Assembly (NCBI RefSeq): GCF_004010195.1
Contig: NC_057719.1
Span: 45,440,658-45,504,657 of the forward strand
Source of the DNA: Chiloscyllium plagiosum
Lineage: Eukaryota
Reading direction: 5' to 3'
Length of the DNA stretch: 64,000 nucleotides
Positions 50,561-62,472 of the stretch are shown here, piece after piece; position 1 is the stretch's first letter, and each line of letters starts with the position of its first letter. Position numbers and translations under genes: made by a program. Under the pieces are notes generated by a model. That model searched no databases, was not told the DNA's origin, and saw only the letters and a list, made by a program, of their open reading frames with translations.

Positions 50561-52770
50561 ACCTAACTGTAATACTGAATACTAAACACAATAATAAAAA
50601 AAATGATAAAATCAGGTAAGAGCTCACAGCTCCTGGTTCTGCTGTTCTGATTTTAACATTTTAGGTCAGTCCTGGTCTGTGTCGTGATATTGGATTCCTC
50701 TCTCTAATGTGGAAGCATTATTACACACACATATAGGGGACCAACTGTCCACCTTCATTATGCATAAATGGCTTTCATTAACTAGATGGCAGGTTCAAAA
50801 TCCCCTGCTTTTGTGGGTATATGTTGATACTGGTTGCCTGAATATTTAAACAATTACAGTAAGGAGCAACTCAGTGAGAGATGGGTCTGTAATAAGAGTA
50901 TGTGGGATAACAACCCTGAAAATGAAAATGTGGTTTCATTGTTTCTTCATGAAGCAGTGTCACAATAATTCCTGAGAATCCCAGTGTTTTGAAATATCTT
51001 GTCTGTCTTCTGGGAAAAATTACACAACTCTCAAACAGTCATGTATCGCTGAAAAAAGAATGAGATTAAGATCATGCAAATTGCCAGAGGCTCCAAATAC
51101 AATGAAAATGCTGTTTATACAATGGGAGGTTTTCCAAGCAAGTATAACTACATAGAATGTCCTATGAAGACAGCTGAAATAAAAAAAAATCCCAAATGCT
51201 TGCCTAGGGCTCTTCTGATGTTTATCAACATGTATGCTTAAACATTCTGACTCTCATAATGATAAGGATTTGACTTCTATTTCTTTCATGTTGGATCCCT
51301 TTAGTCTTGGATTGTTATCAATTCAGTGAATACCTGCTTACTATCTTAAGCAACTTGTTAATTATTTTTCAGACATCTTTGTGTGTGTAATTCTGTCCCT
51401 TCCACTGCACTATGCTCTATGTCTTCCTGTCAGTTGTTTATCCATAGTATCTTTCAAATTTGACAAAGGGTTACAGTTGAAATACTAACTTTTTCTTTTG
51501 TCTTAATTGCTGTCTAAACATTTTGCTGGTTACATGATTTTGATTCTGTTTCTAATTTTTAAAACCTCAAGTATATTTATTTCTGTTTTACTACTTCAAC
51601 AAATTAATAATCTGTATATAACACCGTAACACAACTGAGTTTATGATACAACAGCAGTAAGAACAACTTACCTACAATGTTCATATATATAATGCTTAAC
51701 ATGTTAACATTTCTGTTATTTTTGTGCAAGTCTATTTATCTCAAACTTTGCTGAATTTGGCATCAAAAGGTGCATGAATGCTGCATTAGAAAGTTAATTA
51801 TTCATCCATGAACAGGAATGATTTGCCTGAAGGTCTCAGCATAATAAATTTAATTCACTTTCACATTAGAACACTGACAGCTGTTTTCTTAAGCTTCACA
51901 TCTGGCTGAAGCTGATCAATTGAGTCCTAAAATTCACAGGAATAGATTTGTCCACTTGTTTTCATTGATGATGCTATTAGTGCACATTTCCTGGATTTTT
52001 CAGCTTATTCTAATGAGAGTAAGATCCAAAGGTACATGTGGATCCAACTGGGAAAGGTAACTTCACACTATTATGGTTCACCATGGGAAGCAAGACCTAT
52101 ACCTGCAAGTTGTCATTGTAAAGGAATGGAACACTAATAGTGATTTAATAGTACACTAGCTGTATTCTAATGATAGACTAATTGCAATAGTCTATTAATA
52201 GAACCAGATTTACACAAAGCATTATGCATTCATAATAAACTAACAGCACTCTAATGGCACTGTATATTAGTACCAATTAGTTTTTCATGGTGTCTTCAAT
52301 AATCTAGAAGCAATTGCTTAAAACCTGCAGATGTGGTCAATGCCACTGGTAGGCGGAGCACGATGTGGCATGTTAAAAATCCTATCGCTTCATATTTAGG
52401 TGGCTGATACAGTAGGTTGCTGCATGCCCAGACTCATTCAGAATAGTCAAAGGACTGAACCTTACATTTTTTGGCTAAGTGTGAGATGATTCACATTTCT
52501 TGAGAGTTTGCTGTTATGAGGCCTACAAGACTACTCACCAAATCTTACCGAAGGTGCCTCAGTAACTACTTATTCCACCTCTATGGCATCTCTCTTGTCT
52601 GATTCTAATCCCATCCTCCCACACGCTGTTCCTGGAACAGCTCACCACTCAATGGATATTCGCTGAAAGACCTGGCACCATCCCCTGTATAAAAGGCCAC
52701 TGTGCACCAGCATTCTGAAGCTGCCCTGCTCAGTGACAGACACAGTGTGTATATATTGGAGAAGGAGTCT

Positions 52771-53780
52771 ATGGCAATGCGATTCTCTGACAGGGATTTG
52801 GAAGTCCTGCTGGAGGGGTTGGTGCAGAAGAAAATCACCATCTTCCCAGATGATTGGCAGAGGAGACCGCAATACCAGACCCTGGCAGCCTAGTTTGGGT
52901 CAGCACTTGGGTCAGTGCCATCTCCATGGTGCAAAGGAATGGCCAGCAGTGCCACAAAAAGGTTGATAAGTTTCTCTCCTCTACCACAGTAAGTGTAACA
53001 CTTCTCTTTAACTCACACACGGTTTATGTCTGGTTCTGCACCTATCTCCCACCAAGATTCACATTCTGCCACTTTCAGTAATGCAGCATACTTCCTTACT
53101 CGCTCTCATTTCCCTGACCCCCAGCCTCCCACACTGCTAACCCAACACGGTTGCTGAGTTGCCTCCTCACTCACTCAAGATACCTCATCAACACTAACAG
53201 CTGTTTGATCCACTTACAGCTCACATGATCCCTGCCTCCTCCACCTTCAAATCCAAGCCACCCAACACCCGGAGGAGGAATGCCTCATCTTCTGCCTTGG
53301 GACCCTTCAAGCACACAGGATCAACATCGATTTCACCAGTTTCCTCATCTTCCCTCCCCCCACTTCATCCAATATCCAACTCCCAACCTGGCACTGCTGT
53401 CTTGAACTGTCCCACCTGTCCGTCTTCCTTCCCACCTATGCACCCCACCCTTCTCTCCGACCTGTCACCATCAACCCCACCTGCATCTACCTATTGCCTT
53501 CCCAGCTACCTTCCCTCCAACCCCAACCTACTATTTATCTCTCAGCCCCCTTCCCCACCCCCTCATTCCTGATGAAAGGCTTATGAAACATCAATTCTCT
53601 TGCTCCTCAGATGCTGCCTGACCTGTTGATCCCTCCCTTTCTTCATTACAGGAGAAAACAGTGCACATTAGGGCAAAAAAAGCCTGGACAAGAGGAAGGT
53701 ACCTGACATCAAACTCCTCACCCCATATGAGGAGAGAATGCTCTCCCTTGCTGGAGGAAATTGGGACCACTCCCACAGGG
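52771..53780 (+). pseudogene. Harbinger-associated Myb/SANT-like gene relic with an intron
   Basis: MRFSDRDLEVLLEGL..IFP..RRP..W..VSA.S.V.RN..QC.KK; donor GTAAGT at 52989; acceptor TTACAG at 53651 then EKTVHIRA; disrupted by a stop and frameshift. Confidence 0.65.
53234..53626 (+). mobile_element. Penelope (family A) ORF end plus pLTR inside the Myb-relic intron
   Basis: EEECLIFCLGTLQAHRINIDFTSF; CATTCCTGATGAAAGGCTTATGAAACATC; TGATCCCT repeated at both flanks. Confidence 0.8.
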
Positions 53781-53903
53781 ATGCCAAGATATCCATGTAA
53801 CACCAAACGAATAAGTAGTACTCTCCATTCCCCTTCAACTCACACCTTAACCCCACTGTCAGTCTCATTCATTTCACATTATTTCTAACCATTAGCCACA
53901 ATG

Positions 53904-53906
<3 letters not shown>

Positions 53907-53938
<32 letters not shown>
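53907..53938 (+). repeat. (TC)n microsatellite
   Basis: Read directly from the sequence. Confidence 0.95.
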
Positions 53939-53940
<2 letters not shown>

Positions 53941-54478
53941 GTCTTGCAGTACCAGTGGGATGTCCACAACACCTGGGGAGAGATGCCTTGGTGAGCCAAA
54001 CACTGTCTCCTTGACTTCTGAGGACAAGATTATTGGGACCACTGAAGATACATTGGCAGGTTGCTTCCTGCAGCTCCCAGCAGCTCAGACAATGACACCT
54101 TGTGGTAACATCAGCTTTAGAACATTTGGGTGCACAAGCTGGTCAGCCCCTCAATGCAACAGCTGGCCAAAGAAAAAATGATCCAGGCTGCTGGCTCTGT
54201 GAGGACAGCTGGAGACCAGGCTCCTGCTCATGGCCATGTAGGAGAGGACCCAGTGGGTCAGCAACCAGGGACTTCATCTACATACACAGGGAGGGACAGG
54301 GGCAGCAGACAGGGATGTGGGACACAATAGCCCTCATTGCACAGAAACCACCTGCACATGGTGGAATGAGTTCAGCTTTATTATGGGGCCCCATGCTGGG
54401 TCTCAGGCATGCAACTGTCTGGCTGCCTCCAGGGGCAGATTGGCAGTTGCCATGGTAAACCAAGTCCAGTACTCTCAG

Positions 54479-54705
54479 AAAACAAATAATGCTAGAGATC
54501 ACAGAGGGTCAGACCACATCCGTGGAGAGAGAGAGCAAGCTAGCATGTTAAGTTTAGACAATTCTTCATCTGAGCTTTACATGAAGAGTCAGCTAGACTC
54601 AAAATGTCAGCTTGCTCTGTCTCCACAGCTGCTGCCTGACCCGCTATGATTTTCAGAATTTTTGTGTTTTCAGTACAGACTCCAACATCAGCAGCCATTT
54701 GGTCC
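54479..54705 (+). mobile_element. Penelope pLTR fold-back insertion (family B)
   Basis: 14 bp TSD TCCAGT(A/C)CTCTCAG at 54465-54478 and 54706-54719; imperfect inverted arms around TCTTCATC..ATGAAGA. Confidence 0.82.
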
Positions 54706-56317
54706 TCCAGTCCTCTCAGTTTCTGTTAGAGAGCACACACACACTCGCATTTCATCACCCTAGCCCTTGGTTCTTAGGACCAAAGACATAATGATGGGAG
54801 GGGTTGGGAACATGCTGTGCACTCCAGGTGCCCCTTCCTCAGAAGGAGACAGGGAAATGCCAGAAGATACACAAAGGGCACTTCAGAGTTGGCCAGCCTT
54901 TCACCTGTAGCCTGTCCACCTCCTTCTGACCCTTGGAAATTCAAGCTAAAGCCTTTAGAATTCTTGGACCATTCAGATATAGATTCCCCCCACCACCTCC
55001 CAACGATGGTCATCCCATCACACCTCCTGGACTAACAGGTTATAGTCATAGAGTCATAGAGATGTACAGAATGGAAACAGACCCTTTGGTCCAATTTGTT
55101 CATGCCAAACAGATATCCTAAATTCATCTAGCCCCATTTGCCAAAATTTGGTCCATATCCCTCCAAACCCTTCTTATTCATATCCCATCCAGATGCCTTT
55201 TAAATGCTATAATTGTATCAGCCTCCATCACCTCCTGTGGCAGCTCATTCCATAGCCGTACCACCCTCTCTTTGAAAACGTTGCACCTTAGGTCTCTTTT
55301 ATATCTTTCCCCTCGCCCTAAACCTATGCCCTCTAGTTCTGGACTCACCTACTCCAGGGAAAATACCTTGTCTATTTATCATATCCATGCCCCTCATGAT
55401 GTTATAAACCTCTATCAGGTTTCCCCTCAGCCTCCGACGCTCCAGGGAAAATAGTCCCAGCCTATACAGCCTTTCCCTATAGTTCAAGTCCTCAAACCCT
55501 GGCATCATCCTTGTAAATCTTTTCTGAACCCTTTCAAATTTCACAACATCCTTCCAATAGGAAGGAGACCAGAACTGCACGCAATATTCTAAAAATGGCC
55601 TAACCAATGTCTTGTACAGCTGCAACATGACTTCCCAGCTCCTATACGCAGTGCTCTAACCAATAAAGGAAAGCATACCAAACATCTTCTTCACTCTCCT
55701 ATCTACCTGCGACTCTACTTTCAGGGAGCTTTGAACCTGCACTCCAAGGTCTCTTTGTTCAGTAACATACCCCAGGACCTTACCATTCAGAGTATAAGTC
55801 CTGCTAAGTTTTGCTTTCCCAAAATGCAGCATCTGGCATTTATCTAAATTAAACTCCATCTGCCACTCCTCAGCCCAATGGCACATCTAATCAAGATCCC
55901 ATTGTACTCTGAGGTAATCTTCTTCACTGTCCATTACACCTCCAATGTTGGTGTCATCTGCGAACTTACTAATTATACCTCCTATGTTCACATCCAAATC
56001 ATTTATATAAATATTGAAAAGTTGTGGACTCAGCACTGATCCTTATGGTACTCCACTGGTCACAGGCCTCCAGTCTGAAAAGCAACTCTCCACCACCACC
56101 CTCTGTCTTCTACCTTCAAGCCAGTTCTGTATCCAAATGGCTAGTTCTCCCTGTATTCCATGAGATCTAACCCTGCTAACTAGTCTCCCATGGAGAACTT
56201 TGTTGAATGCCTTACTGAAGTCAATATAGGTCACATTCACCGCTCTGCCCTCATCAATCCTCTTTGTTACTTCTTCAAAAAACCCAATCAAGTTCATGAG
56301 ACATGATTTCCTCCATA

Positions 56318-57655
56318 TAAAGGCATTTGATAAGGTTCCCCATGGTAGGCTTATGTGGAAAGTCAGGAGGCATGGGATAGAGGGAAATTTGGCCAATTGG
56401 ATAGAAAACTGGCTAACCGGTCGACGGCAGAGAGTGGTGGTAGATGGTAAATATTCAGCCTGGAGCCCAGTTACAAGTGGAGTTCCGCAGGGATCAGTTC
56501 TGGGTCCTCTGCTGTTTGTAATTTTGATTAATGACTTAGATGAGGGAGTCGAAGGGTGGGTCAGTAAATTTGCAGATGATACGAAGATAGGTGGAGTTGT
56601 GGACAGTGAGGAGGGCTGTTGTCGGCTGCAGAGGGACTTAGATATGATGCAGAGCTGGGCTGAGGAGTGGCAGATGGAGTTCAACCCTGCCAAGTGTGAG
56701 GTTGTCCATTTTGGAAGAACAAATAAGAATGCGGAATACAGGGTTAATGGTAGGGTTCTTAGTCAGGTGGAGGAACAGAGGGATCTTGGGGTCTATGTAC
56801 ATAGATCTTTGAAGGTTGCCACTCAGGTGGATAGAGTTTGTAAGAAGGCCTATGGAGTATTATCGTTCATTAGCAGAGAGATTGAATTCNNNNNNNNNNN
56901 NNNNNNNNNNNNNNNNNNNNNNNNNNNNNNNNNNNNNNNNNNNNNNNNNNNNNNNNNNNNNNNNNNNNNNNNNNNNNNNNNNNNNNNNNNNNNNNNNNNN
57001 NNNNNNNNNNNNNNNNNNNNNNNNNNNNNNNNNNNNNNNNNNNNNNNNNNNNNNNNNNNNNNNNNNNNNNNNNNNNNNNNNNNNNNNNNNNNNNNNNNNN
57101 NNNNNNNNNNNNNNNNNNNNNNNNNNNNNNNNNNNNNNNNNNNNNNNNNNNNNNNNNNNNNNNNNNNNNNNNNNNNNNNNNNNNNNNNNNNNNNNNNNNN
57201 NNNNNNNNNNNNNNNNNNNNNNNNNNNNNNNNNNNNNNNNNNNNNNNNNNNNNNNNNNNNNNNNNNNNNNNNNNNNNNNNNNNNNNNNNNNNNNNNNNNA
57301 AGGATGAGGGGTGACTTGATGGAGGTTTATAAGATGATCAGAGGAATAGATAGAGTAGACAGTCAGAAACTTTTTCTCCGGGTACAACAGAGTGTTACAA
57401 GGGGACATAAATTTAAGGTGAAGGGTGGAAGGTATAGGGGAGATGTCAGGGGTGGGTTCTTTACCCAGAGAGTGGTGGGGGCATGGAATGCGCTGCCCGT
57501 GGGAGTGGTAGAGTCGGAATCATTGGCGACCTTTAAGCGGCATTTGGATAGGTACATGGATGGGTACTTAATCTAGGTTAGAAGTTCGGCACAACATCGT
57601 GGGCCGAAGGGCCTGTTCTGTGCTGTATTGTTCTATGTTCTATGTTCTATGTTCT
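56318..57655 (+). mobile_element. Young CR1 LINE (open RT frame on both sides of an N gap) with (GTTCTAT)n tail
   Basis: [24 protein letters not shown] uninterrupted; TAAAG repeated at both junctions (56318-56322 and 57655-57659). Confidence 0.93.
56890..57299. other. Assembly gap (410 N)
   Basis: Run of N. Confidence 1.
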
Positions 57656-57806
57656 AAAGCCATGCTGACTATCACTAATCAGTCCTTGCCTTTCAAATTA
57701 CATGTAAATCCTGTCCCTCAGGATTCCCTTCAACAACTTGCACACCACCGATGTCAGGCTCACCGGTCTATAGTTCCCTAACTTTTCCTTACTGTTCTTT
57801 TACTGA

Positions 57807-58077
57807 TTTGGAGATGCCGGTGTTGGACGGGGGCATACAAAGTTAAAAATCACACAACACCAGGTTATAGTCCAACAGGTTTAATTGGAAGCACACTAGC
57901 TTTCGGAGCGTCGCTCCTTCATTAGGTGGTAGTGGAGGGCTCAATCCTAACACACAGAATTTATACCAAAATTTACAGTGTGATGTAACTGAAATTATAC
58001 ATTGAAAAATTGATTGTCTGTTAAGCCTTTCATCTGTTAGAATACCGTGAAGTGAAACGATGTGTGATTTTTAACTT
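57807..58077 (-). mobile_element. Penelope pLTR insertion (family C) with a short inverted arm; hammerhead core mutated (CTAATGA)
   Basis: TSD TGTTCTTTT(A/G)CTGA at 57793-57806 and 58078-58091; ACAAAGTTAAAAATCACACA inverted as TGTGTGATTTTTAACTTTGT. Confidence 0.87.
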
Positions 58078-61000
58078 TGTTCTTTTGCTGAGCAGTCTCC
58101 CTCAACTCCAGCTACGGAAGCAAGGACAACATTAAGACATAATGGGAGGAAAAGAATGAAATAAAATGATCAAAGGCACTTTGGCGGCATGGATGCTAAT
58201 GCAGTATATATGAGATATCACATCATCCTGCTAATGTAGCATTATCCCTGTCACTGGTAATGTTAACTCTTCTTTGAGAGACAGAGGATTGAAATATTAT
58301 TCTTGAACTTATATCAGCATATCATCTGACAAAAGAAATCCAATCTTTTATATAAATTTACTCAGTGGTCAGTTTGCTTTTTCAACAATTCCAGTTAAGG
58401 ATCCAATAATGGGTTCAGGGCATTAAACTGCATAAATTGTTCTCAGTTTCACCTTCTACGACAAATTTTGCCAATACGAATCTTCTGAATTTTCCTCAGT
58501 GATGATGGGAATGGTAAACATTTGTACCAGTCCTGTAAAATCTGTTATCTTTTCTCCTGTTTACATATGGAACAATACTGTTAAGCCAACGTAGGTAATC
58601 ACAGTAGCTTCTTTTAGTTTAGGTTCCACCATGAGTTGAGGAAGCCCAGTGAAATCTTCGACCATTTCTGCCTTCACCAGTCTTTTGGCAATGGTTTGTT
58701 TCTGAACCAGTTGTTATGGATATTGATGTCAAATGTGACTAAAAGTGGAAGTCTTCATGGTGAATTACTTAAGTTAATTTGAATAGCTTTTTTCCAACTC
58801 AATTTTCTTTGGCAAAGTCTCACCGAGAATTCCAAAAACAATGTAACTATTAAATTGTACAACATGATGTATTACCAAGGGGTGGGAACTTCAGCAGCAC
58901 AATAGCCCACTGGGCAAGCCAATTAAAGTTCACTTCCCATATTTGCTGGCATTTTATCAGCTTCTGGAGGTGACAGACCGCTGCTGGAAAGTGCCCTCAC
59001 GATTGTCAGGATTTGCTTACTTGGCTTTGCAAGAGTAAGAAAATAAAAGCTCCAGGGTGCTTCAGCACAAAGGTGCTCTCCTTTTTTCTGCTGTCGCCAC
59101 AGCAACCCTGCTGAGGTCTCTCAGCCTCCCTGATTGGGCTCACAACTCTGGGAGTAGGCCAGACCACAGTTCTTAACTGGATGGCACTCCTGGTGTTTGG
59201 TTTTAAATTGGCCATCACTAGTAAAACGCCATCCAGGATCCCCCCTAACAGCCTCAGGTCAAGTACTGTCAGAATTATGGTGTTTAATTTTTTATGAATT
59301 ATTAAGCTGGATTTTCGACTGACAGAAATCATACTTTTGTAAGCCAATATCGGGGCTAAAAGTTGAGGGTTCTTTATTTTTATATAGTTGTTGTACTGTG
59401 TGCAACTTAATGACAGAGAAAAGGCATGATGTAGTTACTTTTAATCAGCCACGATTTCCCAATCAAGTCCCACTTCAGTACTGAGGGAATACGATTCTGA
59501 CAAGACGTATCATCTTAAAAGAAAGCTGGGTAAATGTAACGTTTTTAAAGTTAACTGTGATACTGTTTTCTGATGAGAATTGAAACTGAGGCCCTATCTG
59601 CTGAGCTTTAAAATTCTCTGGTTGACCTCCCTGCTATCCTTGTGCACTACCCATGAAGGCCTCCAATTTGTCAGTGCAACAGATCAGGCCTAGGCTGGCC
59701 AGCCCATCCTTCCCCCAGTTGAGACCCTTCAGTAGGTAAATAATGACCAATTCAGGACCATTTGTCTCCAGGCCCCTATTTTCAGCTAGGATGAGGAGTT
59801 CAGGAGCTCAGCGGGGCACCGTGCACAGATCTCAGCCAAAAAGGAGGATTGCTTCCTTCAATAGCTTCCTTTCTACATTGGGTACTCCTCCATAACAAGG
59901 TTTGCCCCGATGGAGATATCTCACCTCCAGACTCCCATTTCTCTTGTAACACCTCGCTGATCCTCATCTCCCTACCTCATTACAAGACTATCTGTCCTGA
60001 CTTAGCCCTGAGTCTCTATCTAGAGATCGCTTGTGGTCCTAGTTCTAGCCATTGTCCTTGTGGCGTTATTGTGACTACGGTATTGCCAACCAATCTGATT
60101 GGCCAGCAGTTCTCTGAGGTAGGATTTCCTCTTGACTGTGGGGTGGTAGTCCAACTTTGAACCATTGTTGCCCCTGGGAATGTAACTGGCTGCGGAACAT
60201 CAGTTTCCATGAATCCCCTCATAGCAAGGTGGGAAATCCTGCCAGCCAAAAAATAAATTGGTGATACGAATTGTTTGCTGTGCTTAGCCACTTAATATTG
60301 ACTACATCTCACTTGCTATTCTGAGATATCTGATGATCATATAAAAAGCCTTATAAAGGTAACCTTTTTAAAGTAAATAGTGACACTATTTCCTGACCTT
60401 ATTGAATCCAGTAGGGGTAAATCTGAAAGTATGTTTGATTAACTGTCCTATTTTCCCTTGCTCCTGTGAAACCGTTGGTTTCTCAGTCATGCTACTAAGG
60501 ATTTCAATCTTAGCTTGTGCTTGTATCAACAGTCATATGGAATGTGTGTGTATATGTGTGTGTGTGTGTGCAGGGAGTGGTATTGGGGTCATGGGAAGCT
60601 GCAATTTCATTGCTCTGTGGTGCATTGATGTCAATGAACTAAGATTGTATATTTTTAAGTGTTCTGCTTTTCCTATTTTTGATTAATGGAATAATTATGA
60701 ACATTTCAAACAATTCTGTTTATTCCAACAAAGCAAAAGCACTAGCCTATGTGAAGTCGTTCCACCACTCAGCCTTTAGTGGGCTGAAGCCAGGTTGCTG
60801 TCAGAGGTGGCATTGCTCTTTAAGGTACAGGTTGAAATTATCCCTGTGATTGCTGTCACTTACCTTTTTTGGTAAATATAAATGAGCTATATCATCTAGA
60901 ATATCTTTACATCATTTGGTACTAATGAGATCTTATTTACATTGAACTTCCCTATTGCCATAAACTCCTGATAAAAATATAATTTTAATTGGGCATTTTC

Positions 61001-61264
61001 AAAACTTCTTGGAAAAATCTATCTTTAATTTACTTGGATCTAATGTATATTTAAGATAACTGTAACTATAACCAGAACAACAAGAGGGGGTCAGAGACTG
61101 GGAATTTTATGGCAAATAACTCACTTCCTGTCTTTCCAAGCCTGTCCACAATCTACAAGGACAAGTCAGGAGTGTGATGGAACATTTTTGACTTACCAGG
61201 ATAGGTGTAGCTTCAACAATATTCAACAACCCTGATAAATCTGCAAGAATTGTTTGAGGAATTA

Positions 61265-62472
61265 ACAAGCAGGTTATACCAAGGAGCACCAATAGATGTT
61301 ATCTACCTGGGCTGGAAGAAGGCCTTTATTGCACAGGAGGCTTCTGAGTAAAATAAGGGCCATGGTGTCAAAGGCAATGTGCTAACATGGATAGAAGATT
61401 GGCTATCTGGCAGAAAACAAAGAGTGGGGATAAAAGGGTCTTTCTCAGGATGGCAGCAGGTAACAAGTGGTGTTCTGCAAGGCTCAGTGTTGGGACCACA
61501 GCCTCTCACTTTATACATTAACGACCAAGATGAAGGAACTGAGGGCATTCTGGCTAGGTTTGCAAATGATACAAAGATAGGTAAAGGTATAGGTAGTATT
61601 GAGGAGGCAGGGAGGCTGCAGAAGGCTTTGGACAGGTTAGGACAGTGGGCAAAGAAGTGGCAGATGGAGTACAACATGGGAAAGTGTGAGGTCTTGCACT
61701 TTGGTAGGAAGAATAGAGGCATGGACTATTTTCTAAATGGGGAGAAAGTTTAGAAGTCTGAAGTGCAAGGGACTTGTGAGTTCTAGTCCAGGATTCTCTC
61801 AAGGTAAACTTGCAGGGTGAGTCAGTAGTTAGGAAAGCAAATGCAATTATAGCATTCATTTTCAGAGGACTTGAAGATAAGAGGAGGGATGTGCTTCTGA
61901 GGCTCTATAAGGCACTGGTCAAACCACATTTAGAGTATTGTGTGCAGTTTTGGGCCCCATATCTCAGAAAGGATTTACTGGCCCTAGAATGTGTTCAGAG
62001 AAGGTTCATGAGAATGGTCCCAGGAATGAAAAGCTTAACATATGAGGAACACTTCAGGACATTGGGTTTATATACGATAAAGTTTAGAAGGATGAAGGGG
62101 CATCAAATTGAGACTTACAGAATACTGAATGATCTGGACAGAGTGGTTATTGGGAAGATCTTTCCATTAGTGGGAGAGACTAGGACCCAGGGACACAGCC
62201 TTAGACTAAAGGGAAGATCTTTTAGAATGGAGAAAGAAGAAACTTCTTTAGCTACGGAGTGGTGAATCTATGGAAGTCACTGCCACAGAAGACTGTGGAG
62301 GCCAGATCATTGAGTATACTTAACATGGAGATAGATAGATTCTTAATTGTAAGGAAATCAAGGGTTATGGGGAGAAAGTGGGAAAATGGGATTGAGAAAT
62401 GTATCAGACATGATTGAATGGTGGGCTGATAGCCTAATTTCTGCTCCTCTGTCTTATGATCTAATGGTCTAA
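61265..62472 (+). mobile_element. CR1 LINE 3' half nested in an older LINE (61080-61260 and 62475-62960)
   Basis: WIEDWLSGRKQRV..GVLQGSVLGP..FANDTK..WAKKWQMEYN; PHLEYCVQFWAP. Confidence 0.9.

Larger units (their letters stand above)
55042..57792 (-). mobile_element. CR1 LINE on the minus strand, split by a nested opposite-strand CR1
   Basis: Minus-strand RT ORFs at 55299-56317; host sequence resumes at 57656 (AAAGCCATGCTGACT). Confidence 0.9.

Noticed and set aside
56296..57576. 426 aa ORF as an intact protein
   Set aside because: It spans 410 N and begins in the opposite-strand host element; it is a truncated CR1 RT.
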